Below are positions 45,623 through 53,550 of a stretch of 64,000 nucleotides of DNA, piece after piece. The translations under genes were made by a program, and so were the position numbers. Location: assembly GCA_963758635.1 (NCBI GenBank), contig CAVWWD010000008.1:128001-192000 (forward strand). Reading direction: 5' to 3'. The number at the start of each line of letters is the position of its first letter. The stretch's first letter is position 1. The stretch comes from an uncultured Candidatus Rokubacteria bacterium (GTDB lineage Bacteria > Methylomirabilota > Methylomirabilia > Rokubacteriales > CSP1-6). The notes below the pieces were generated by a model. It had not been told where the DNA came from, searched no databases, and saw only the letters and a program-made list of their open reading frames with translations.

Positions 45623-46923
45623 GCTGGGGTCGTTCCCGGTACGGCGGATCGAGTTTCGGCCGCGCCACGCGCTACATGGACGGCCTGCTGGAGGTGGATC
45701 GCGACGCCGCCCTCGCTGCCGTGCGGCGCGACCCGCGCATCGTCGAGGCGTCGCTCGAGATCGCGCGGCCCGGCGAGTCGGTGCGCATCTGGCCGGTGCG
45801 CGACGTGATCGAGCCGCGCGTGAAGGTCGAGGGCCCGGGGGTCTGCTATCCGGGCACGTGCGGTCGTGACATCGCCACCGTCGGCACGGGCCGCACCCAC
45901 CGGCTCGCCGGCATGGGCGTGGTCGAGGTCTCGAGCGTGAACTGGCACGACTCGGGCGGCGACTTCGTCGAGACGTACCTGGACATGGCGGGGCCGTACG
46001 GGGCGATGTATCCGTACGCGCGCCTGCAGAACCTCTGCGTGGTGGTCGAGCCCGATCGCGCGCTGAACGACGAGGCCAGGAACGACGCCGCGCACGCGGC
46101 GGCCCTCGCGGTGAGCGACCACGTGGCCGCCGCCACCGCCGGCCTGACTCCGCCGGAGACGGAGGAGTTCTCGCTGCGCCCCGTCGATCCCGCCCTGCCG
46201 CGCGTGGTCTACATCTGGGGCGTGCACTCCCCCCAGGCGATGTCGGGCTCGATGACCGCGTTCTGCACCGCCACCTACGGCCTCACCCGGCTCACGCCGC
46301 CGTGGCTCATGCACCCGAACGAGATCCTCGACGGCGCGCTCTCCGGCCCCTACCGCACCGCCTTCGCCATGTCGTGGACGGTGGTCAACAACCCGCTGTT
46401 CCTCGACCTCTACCGGCGGCACGGACGCGACTGGAGCTTCGCCGGCGTCATCCTGCTTCGCACCGAGTGGACGACGCAGCACGAGAAGCTCCTCGCCGCG
46501 AACCAGGCAGCCAAGCTCGCCGAGATGCTGGGGGCGCGGGGCGCGGTGGTGACGTGGGACGCGGGCGGCAACGAGTTCATCGAGGTGGTGCGCACCATCC
46601 AGGCCTGCGAGCGGCTCGGCATCAAGACGGTGTTCCTGACCAGCGAGGACGACGCCACCGAGGGCGCGCCCACCATGCTCGAGCCGCTCCCCGAGGCCGA
46701 CGCCATCGTGAGCACGAGCTTCTTCAAGAACCGCACGCTCGGCGTGGCCGACCCCGGCCCGGTGGAGCGCGTGATCGGCGTGCCGTGGAAGATGGTGAAC
46801 GCGGACCAGCGCTCAAACATCGGCGGTGGCCGCGACCGCCAGGTCCCGACGAGCGGCAGCCTTCCCGCGCCCTGGCGCTACGACGACCACTACGGGTTCG
46901 GGTCGCTGTCGTGTATTGAATGA
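45612..46923 (+). CDS. grdE: Reductase component B proprotein subunit, GrdE/GrdG/GrdI family (frameshift ~45655)
   Basis: MRLELG; IARPGESVRI.PVRDVIEPRVKV; GTGRTHRLAG; HPNEILDGA...NNP...LYRRHG; CERLGIKTV. Confidence 0.85.
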
Positions 46924-47071
46924 CGAGCTGAGCCGAAGGCGAGGCGAGTGAAAGTGGAAAGTGAAGTGGAAACAACCGTGAATCGAAGGTCGAAGGCGAG
47001 CCGAGCGCACATGGGAATGCAGTGGAAGTGACCGCATCAACAGCGCACGGGAGGCCAGGAAAGACGAGATC

Positions 47072-47287
47072 CTGAATCAGGACGCAGAGAATGATCGAGA
47101 CGACCTCCGTGCCGAGAACGATTTCTCGGCCGGGGTTCGCGGGAAGCACCATGAAGCCTATCGCAAGGGCACCAACGTTGTCCTGCTCGACCCCGATGTG
47201 GCAGAAGTCTTCAGGGACTCCACCGCGGTGAACACGGCCTTGCGTCTCCTGCTATCCCTTGCTCGCGAGCAGGGCGTCAAAAAGTGA
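47072..47287 (+). pseudogene. BrnA-like antitoxin remnant (BrnT 3' fragment just upstream)
   Basis: DDLRAENDFSAGVRGKHHEAYRKGTNVVLLDPDVAEVFRDSTAVNTALR; no ATG; RINSAREA resembles the BrnT RIISAR end. Confidence 0.6.
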
Positions 47288-47290
47288 CGC

Positions 47291-47362
47291 GTCGAACATC
47301 ACGATGAACTCGACGGCAGCCTCGCTGCGCTCGGCCGCCGCAGGTTATCGTGCACGTTCGGC
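47291..47362 (+). mobile_element. Integron attC site
   Basis: GTCGAAC-atcacgatgaac...gttatcgtgcac-GTTCGGC, palindromic, 3 bp after a stop codon. Confidence 0.8.
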
Positions 47363-47418
47363 GGACGAGGAACGTGGACAGGCCGGTGAGCAGGCCGTCG
47401 GCCCGGGTCGTGGCATGG

Positions 47419-48414
47419 ATGGCCGGGAGAACGGTGATGCGGATCGTACCCCTCGCCGTTGGGTTGGGCCTTGCGATCGGCAGCGCGGCAACCCTGGCCA
47501 GCGCCCAGCCGGCCGGGACTGTGCATCACGTCGGCGTGCTCGGTCTCCCGGCAGAGTCCCCGCTCATGGCCGCGTTCCGGCAAAGCATGCAAGAGCGCGG
47601 CTATTCGGAGGGGCGCAACATCCGCTTCACGTACCGCGGCCGCATTACGGACCACGATGCCGATGCCGCCGCCATGGCTAATGAGTTGGCGCGCCTCAAG
47701 GTGGATGTGATCGTCGCCATAGCGCCTACCGCCGTCCGCGCCGCCAAGGCAGCAACCGCAACCGTGCCAATCGTCTTCGCTGCGGATGAGCCGGTTGCCC
47801 ACGGCTTCGTCTCGAGCCTCGCAAGGCCGGAGGGAAACCTCACTGGCTTCACGATCGTCGGAGAGGGCTTCACGGAAAAGCAACTTCAGCTCCTCAAGGA
47901 GATGGTGCCCCGAGCGAAGCGCTTGGCCATCCTCGTCTCGCCGGTTTCGAGACTGGCGGACTACGTCAGTCAAAGCCAAGCGGCTGCGGACAGGCTGGGT
48001 GTACGCCTCGATGTCTTGGAGGCCCGCACCGCGGAGGACATCGATCGCCTCTTCGCGGCGGCGACGGCCAAGAACACCCGCGTCGACGCCATGCACGTCC
48101 ACGGCATGCCCTTCCTCAGCCAGCACCGGGATCGGATCGTGGCGCTGGCCAAGACCCGACGCCTTCCCGGGATGTATTTCTCCGAGGCCTGGGTTACACG
48201 GGGCGGGTTGATGTCGTTTGGCACGGACTTTGTCGATCTGCTTCGTCGAATGGCCGGGCATGTGGACAGGATCCTGAAGGGGGCACGACCCGCCGATCTC
48301 CCTATCGAGGAGCCGACCAAGTACGTTCTCGCCATCAACGTGAAGACCGCCAGGGAGCTTGGCCTCACGGTCCCACAGTCGCTGCTCCTGCGGGCCGATC
48401 GCCTGGTCGAATGA
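47419..48414 (+). CDS. Trp/Tyr-type ABC substrate-binding protein (gene cassette)
   Basis: SLARPEGNLTG, GGLMSFG, KGARPADLPIEEPTKYVLAINVKTA. Confidence 0.9.
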   Translation: MAGRTVMRIVPLAVGLGLAIGSAATLASAQPAGTVHHVGVLGLPAESPLMAAFRQSMQERGYSEGRNIRFTYRGRITDHDADAAAMANELARLKVDVIVAIAPTAVRAAKAATATVPIVFAADEPVAHGFVSSLARPEGNLTGFTIVGEGFTEKQLQLLKEMVPRAKRLAILVSPVSRLADYVSQSQAAADRLGVRLDVLEARTAEDIDRLFAAATAKNTRVDAMHVHGMPFLSQHRDRIVALAKTRRLPGMYFSEAWVTRGGLMSFGTDFVDLLRRMAGHVDRILKGARPADLPIEEPTKYVLAINVKTARELGLTVPQSLLLRADRLVE

Positions 48415-48464
48415 TTGGGCGGAAGCACCGCGATGCATCGGTCGGCCGCCGAGCTTCGTACGGC

Positions 48465-48518
48465 ACCGGAGCGGAGCTCGCGTTGCTCGCTTCCGGCCGG
48501 TGGGCGCGGGCGTTGGGC
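48465..48518 (+). mobile_element. Degenerate attC site (right half)
   Basis: accggagcggagctcgcgttgctcgcttccggccgg...GTTGGGC closely resembles the attC at 32359-32430; left core eroded. Confidence 0.62.
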
Positions 48519-48583
48519 GGGCCACGTGATTGACGGAAGGCGGAAAGCCTCGCGGGCTGCGGCCGAAGAGGTAGCATACTGGC

Positions 48584-49070
48584 ATGGCAGGTCCCGCAAG
48601 ACCGACTCGCGTCTACGTCGACACCTCCGTGATCGGCGGCTGTCTGGATGAGGAGTTCCGGACTCCCTCAATCCGGTTGTTCAACCGTAGCCGCGCCGGA
48701 GACACCCTCCTTGTGGTCTCGGACATCACCTTGGCCGAGCTTGCCGCAGCCCCGGCGAGCGTTCGAAACGTGATCGAGGACCTGCCGAAGCGGGGCTCTC
48801 GAGCTCGTCCACCAGACGGCTGAGTCTGAAGCACTTGCCGAGGAGTACATCAGGCAGGCGGTGGTTTCGCAGCGAATGTTGGCGGACGCCCAGCACATCG
48901 CGGTGGCCACAGTGGCAAGGGTCGACGTGCTGGTGAGCTGGAACTTCCGCCATATCGTCAACTTGGATCGGATCCGTGGATTCAACGCGGTCAATCTCCG
49001 TGCGGGCTACCCGCTCCTGGAGATCCGATCGCCCCTGGAGGTCTGGAAAGATGACGACGAAGACCTTTGA
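48584..49070 (+). CDS. PIN-domain toxin (frameshift ~48800)
   Basis: RVYVDTSVIGGCLDEEF; DAQHIAVATVARVDVLVSWNFRHIVN. Confidence 0.85.
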
Positions 49071-49233
49071 CTCAGTGAAGCTGATGCGAGAGCTTCGCAA
49101 CAAGCTAAGTCAAGAGATGGAGCGCATGACGGCCGAGGAGCGCCGGCGGTACATCCGGGGCAAGGCTGCGTCGACTGGCCTGGGAAGAAGGATGGCTGAG
49201 GACGAGCGGGACGCTGCCCAACAGCAGGCTTGA
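49051..49233 (+). CDS. Small putative antitoxin downstream of the PIN toxin
   Basis: MTTKTFDSVKLMRELRNKLS; overlaps the toxin stop; ends inside the attC. Confidence 0.65.
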   Translation: MTTKTFDSVKLMRELRNKLSQEMERMTAEERRRYIRGKAASTGLGRRMAEDERDAAQQQA

Positions 49234-49276
49234 CCGGTCCGGCTCCGACGCCGGCCGCTCAGCCGGAGCGTTGGGC
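49216..49276 (+). mobile_element. Integron attC site
   Basis: GCCCAAC...GTTGGGC, perfectly complementary cores, 61 bp. Confidence 0.88.
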
Positions 49277-49287
49277 GGAACCTGAGG

Positions 49288-49377
49288 CGCATCCACGCGT
49301 ACAACGCGGTCAATCTCAAGAGCGGCTACCTGCTTCTGGAGATTCGAACGCCCCGGGAGGTTCCAGGCGATGAGTAA
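49288..49377 (+). pseudogene. 3' remnant of a second PIN toxin gene
   Basis: RIHAYNAVNLKSGYLLLEIRTPREV parallels RIRGFNAVNLRAGYPLLEIRSPLEV of 48584..49070. Confidence 0.7.
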
Positions 49378-49579
49378 GGGCTCTTCAAAGCCATTCGATT
49401 GTGTTCAGAGCATGCGCCAGGCCCGCGACAGGCTTAGCGCCGAGATCGAAGACCTGAGTTACGAAGAGTTGGTCCAGTGGCTTCGGATTCACCGGTACAC
49501 CGACCCGGTCCTTCAGCGCCTGGCAGAGAAGGCGGCCCAACAAGCCGATGCGACGGACCAGCCTTCGGGCGGCCACTGA
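49370..49579 (+). CDS. Small putative antitoxin, paralogue of 49051..49233
   Basis: KPFDCVQSMRQARDRLSAEIE. Confidence 0.62.
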   Translation: MSKGSSKPFDCVQSMRQARDRLSAEIEDLSYEELVQWLRIHRYTDPVLQRLAEKAAQQADATDQPSGGH

Positions 49580-49590
49580 TCCGGCAAACG
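49535..49590 (+). mobile_element. attC site truncated at the crossover G
   Basis: GCCCAAC-aagccgatgcgacggacc...actgatccggcaaac-G, then non-TT sequence. Confidence 0.6.
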
Positions 49591-49699
49591 CAGTACGATC
49601 TCTGGCATGCGGAACGACGCCGGAAGCAACTTCGGGTCGCGAAGCTCGCGGCGGCGCAGCGGCGAGTGCGGGCTCTAAGCCAGCGGTGAACGATTCCAC

Positions 49700-51121
49700 A
49701 TGACCCGCCCGACCATTGCCGCCGTCCGCTTCTTCCTCGCTCACGCCCCCGGCCTCGTCCGCCACGGCTCGAAGCCCTCGCGCGACATCGCCCGCGACCC
49801 CAACGTCGCCGACCGCATCGGGAAGGCCCTCCGCCCGTTCGAGGCCGCGCGCGACTATCCGCCGACCCAGGTCCTGCTCGGCGCGCGCCATCCCGATGTG
49901 CTGCGCGACCTGCCGCGGCCGTGGTGGCAGGCGGCGCCGGTCGCTCCCCGGACCGGGCCGCACGGCGAGATCGTTCCCGAGGAGGAGCTGCTCGGCCTCC
50001 TCAAGGCCGCCGACGAGTTCGACCTGGTCACGCTCGATCCCGGCTTCACCGCCCAGTCCCACGCGGCGCTCGCCGGGCATCCGCTCGTGACGCCGGCCGA
50101 CCTGGCGCGGCTCGAGCCCGCGCGCCGCGCGCCGGGCCGATGGCGGCGCCTCGCTGCCGCTCGCCCTGGCCTCCGGGCTGCGGCGTCGGCACGATCGCGG
50201 CGGGCCACGCCGAGGACGCCACGCTCGCCGCCGACGTGCTGCTCGAGAACCTCGCCGCGAAGGTCACGGCGGCCATGGCGCTGCGCGGGCTCCTCGCCGC
50301 CGAGCGCGTCGATCCCGCGAGCATCGAGTACGTGCTCAACAGCGGCGAGGAGGCGGTGGGCGATCGCTACCAGCGCGGCGGCGGCAACCTGGCCAAGGCC
50401 GTGGCCGCGTCCGCGGGCTGCGTGCGCGCGACCGGGGTCGACGTGAAGGGGTTCTGCTGCGGCCCCGTGCACGCGCTGGCCATCGCCGGGAGCCTGGTGG
50501 CCGCGGGCACGTTCACGCGCGTGTCCGTCGTGGGCGGCTGCTCCCTCGCCAAGCTCGGGATGAAGTACCAGGGGCACCTGCGCCACGACCAGCCGATCCT
50601 CGAGGACGTGCTGGTGGGCGTGGCCATCCTCGTGACGCCGGACGACGGCCGCTCGCCCGTCCTCCGGCTGGACGCGCATCGGGCGGCATCCCGTCGCCGC
50701 GGGCTCCGCGCAGAAGGCCATCTTCGAGGCGCTCGTCGCCGAGCCGCTCGGTCGCCTCGGCCTTCGGTTCGAGGACGTGGACCGCTACGCCACGGAGCTC
50801 CAGAACCCCGAGCTGACGGAGCCCTCGGGCAGCGGCGACGTGCCGCTTCTGAACTACCGCGTCATCGCGGGCCTCGCCGCGCTGCGGAAGGAGATCGCCC
50901 CCGGCGACATCGAGGGCTTCGTCCGCCGCCACGGCATGCCGGGCTTCTCGCCGACCCAGGGCCACATCGCCTCGGCCATCCCGTTCATGGGCCACGCGCT
51001 CGACGGCCTCCGGTCGGGCGCGCTCCGGCGTGCGCTCTTCCTCGCCAAGGGCAGCCTCTTCCTCGGCCGCATGACCCAGATGGCCGACGGCCTCTCCGTC
51101 ATGCTCGAGCGGAACGGCTAG
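49700..51121 (+). CDS. grdC: Glycine/sarcosine/betaine reductase component C beta subunit (frameshifts ~50150, ~50675)
   Basis: LAHAPGLVRHGSKP; EEAVGDRYQRGGGNLAKA; DVKGFCCGP; ELQNPELTEPSGSGDVP; GFSPTQGHI; KGSLFLGRMT. Confidence 0.9.
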
Positions 51122-51179
51122 GCCACGTGTATCCGATCCCGGACATTGACCGGAGCCACGTGCGCCGATACGCTCGGGC

Positions 51180-51773
51180 GTGATGGAACAGGCCGACGTG
51201 TTCGAACCGGCTGTGGCCACCCGCAAGTGGTCGCGCATCGAGTACCACCGTCTCGCCGACGCCGAGATCGTCGGTGCCGACGAGCGTATCGAGCTCGTCG
51301 GCGGGCACATGATCGTCAAGGAGCCCCAGCACCGGCCCCACGTGACGGCCATCCAGCTCGCGGCCCGAGCGCTCCGTGCTGCCTTCGGGCCGGACTGGGA
51401 CGTGCAGGTCCAGGCTCCGATTGCTCTGGGCGACGACTCGGAGCCCGAGCCTGACGTGTCAGTCGTGGCCGGAGACCCGCGGGACTACGGCGACGACCAT
51501 CCACGGACGGCCGTGCTCGTCGTCGAGGTGTCGCTGTCACGCCTGGGCTTCGACCGAGGGCGCAAGGGTGGCCTCTATGCCCGCGCCGGCATCGCCGAGT
51601 ACTGGATCGTCAACCTCCGGAACCGGCGGCTCGAGATATACCGCGAGCCCATCCCCGACACCGTCGCCCCGTTCGGGTGGCGCTACGGCAGGGCCGAGAG
51701 CCACGGTCCGGGCGACCGTGCCACGATCCTCGCCGTGGGCCGATCCGTCGCCGTCGACGATCTCCTGCCGTGA
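51180..51773 (+). CDS. Uma2 family endonuclease
   Basis: SEPEPDVSVV...LVVEVS...KGGLYARAGIAEYWIVNL. Confidence 0.9.
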   Translation: MMEQADVFEPAVATRKWSRIEYHRLADAEIVGADERIELVGGHMIVKEPQHRPHVTAIQLAARALRAAFGPDWDVQVQAPIALGDDSEPEPDVSVVAGDPRDYGDDHPRTAVLVVEVSLSRLGFDRGRKGGLYARAGIAEYWIVNLRNRRLEIYREPIPDTVAPFGWRYGRAESHGPGDRATILAVGRSVAVDDLLP

Positions 51774-51803
51774 ACCGACGCGGCGCATAGGAAGGGGGAG
51801 AGC

Positions 51804-52265
51804 ATGGACCTCAAGGGCAAGAAGGTGATCGCGCTGGGTGAGCGCGACGGCGTGCAGGGTGGGGCCATCGCAGCGTGCGCGCGCAGCGCCGGCGCCGAGG
51901 TCGTGCTGGAGAAGACGTACTGCTTCGTCTGAACGGCCGCCGGCGCCCTTGACCTGGACGGTCAGGACGAGATCAAGCGCGTGGCCGAGCAGTTCGAGCG
52001 TGAGGACGTCGTCGTGCTGCTCGGCACCCCCACCGAGGATGCGAGCCGCCTCTACGCCATGACCGTGACCAGCGGCGACCCGTCGTGGGCGGGCGCCCTC
52101 GCCGGCGTGGCGCTCGGGCTGCCCGTGTACCACGTGGCCGAGGACGACGTGAAGAGCCAGATCCCGCCCGCCGAGTACGACGAGCACGTGGCCCTGATGG
52201 CCATGGCCATGGACGTCGAGGGCATCGGCCGCGCGGTCCGCGAGGTGCGGGCCGGCGACGGCTGA
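51804..52265 (+). CDS. grdA: Glycine/sarcosine/betaine reductase selenoprotein A (Sec at TGA 51930-51932), 153 aa
   Basis: MDLKGKKVIALGERDGV...YCFV-TGA-TAAGALDL (CxxU)...GDPSWAGALAGVALGLPVYH; purine-rich RBS; not called whole in the ORF track. Confidence 0.93.
51948..51966 (+). promoter_or_regulatory. Bacterial SECIS hairpin of grdA
   Basis: cttgacc [tggac] ggtcagg stem-loop; loop starts 22 nt after the UGA, G at loop position 2. Confidence 0.75.
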
Positions 52266-52275
52266 CGCGCGCCAG

Positions 52276-53324
52276 CTACACTATCGCGGCGTGAACGATC
52301 GTGCCCTCGTGCGCGAGGGCGGCGCCGCGATACCTGTCCACCCGCCACTCGCAGAGCCGTCCCACGCCCGCGCTGCCTCGGATCGAGCCGCCCGCGGCCG
52401 CGGTGTCGGCCAGCATCGCGTGGAGCCGGCCCCGCAGGTCCGCCTCCGGCACGGACGCGCCGCCCGGCCGGGAGTGCGCCTCGAGCGCGTGCGCGCGGAG
52501 CAGCTTGCGCCACTGGCGCGCGAAGAGGCCCCCGTCGCGGAAGAAGTCGAGGCCGCTGAAGCTCGTGCCCACGAAGACGGCCGCGCCCACCGCGGCGACC
52601 GAGGCCTTCACGTCGAGCGAGCGCTCGGCCTCGTCCAGCTCCTTGCGCACCATTGGCTGCTCGTAGATCTCCTGGTAGCTCGCCGTCGGCGACGGCGGAG
52701 CCGCCGCGGCCCGGGCGGACCGGTTCACCTCGGACCAGACCCGCGCCTGGGGCGCGCGGTCGTACACCTCGCGGCGGAGCCCGGGCTGGGCGAACGTGGA
52801 CTTGCTCTCGAAGTCCCGCCGGCCCTCGTTCCAGCGGCCCTGCTCCACGCAGTAGACGGCGACGGTGCGCGGTCCGCTCGCCGGGGGCAGCAGGATGTCG
52901 TCCCGCAGCACGCGGTTCTGCTTGCCGCCGATCAGGATCTCGCCCGCCATCAGCAGCACGTGGGACTTCCCGCGGTTGTCGACGACCAGCTCGGGAACGC
53001 TGGCCCGGTCGCGCTCGGACGCTGATGGCGAGCGCCCCGGACGACCGCGCTTCCTCGAGGGTGGCGATCGACGCCGGCGGCGCGGTCTCCGTGGCGTGCA
53101 GCCAGAAGACGAGCAGACTGCCGTGGCGGCTCGCCGGGCCCACCCGGAGGCGGCCCGCGGCGCGGGAGAGCTCGGGCAGCTTCCCGGTGGCGAACGGGAT
53201 GACCGTCTCCTCGGTGGGTTCCTCCAGGACCTCGCACCCGCCGCGCCCACGCGGGACCGGGCACCGCGGCGCCGAGCAGCGCGAGCTGACCGATCCACAG
53301 GGCCTTCCGTCTCGACATGGTCAT
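52276..53324 (-). CDS. DUF6569/ARPP-1-like protein with Tat-like signal (several frameshifts)
   Basis: MTMSRRKALW...AWA; VPELVVDNRG...LLMAGEILIGGKQNRVL...CVEQGRW. Confidence 0.7.
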
Positions 53325-53427
53325 GGCCTTCCTCCCCGCCCCGGTGGATGGACGGCTCACCCGGGGCATCCGGCCACTTAGACCGGAAGCGGAGAGGAAA
53401 GTTCCCGCGTCGCTCCGGGCGCCGCGC

Positions 53428-53534
53428 GCAACGCGAGTGCCTGACCCCGAAGTTGCACGAACGTTGCAACGCGAGTGCCTGACCCCGAAGTTGCGCAAGG
53501 ACGCAACGCGGAGGGGTCAGACCCTCGCGCAACG
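53428..53534. repeat. REP-like cluster: two 29-bp copies of GCAACGCGAGTGCCTGACCCCGAAGTTGC plus a GGGGTCAGACCC unit
   Basis: Identical copies at 53428-53456 and 53466-53494; related inverted copy at 59128-59152. Confidence 0.75.
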
Positions 53535-53550
53535 GGGAGCGAGCGGGTTT

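Noticed and set aside
44818..46923. 701-aa ORF overlapping grdB
   Set aside because: Only the part after ~45655 is coding (GrdE-like); the upstream part is an alternative frame of grdB
46940..46975. Purine-rich gaaagtgg repeats after grdE
   Set aside because: Short and low-complexity; no function can be supported beyond marking the left edge of the low-GC insert
53428..53494. Possible mini-CRISPR (two identical 29-bp repeats)
   Set aside because: The spacer is only 9 bp, there are only two copies, no cas genes are present, and the unit recurs inverted at 59128 like a REP element
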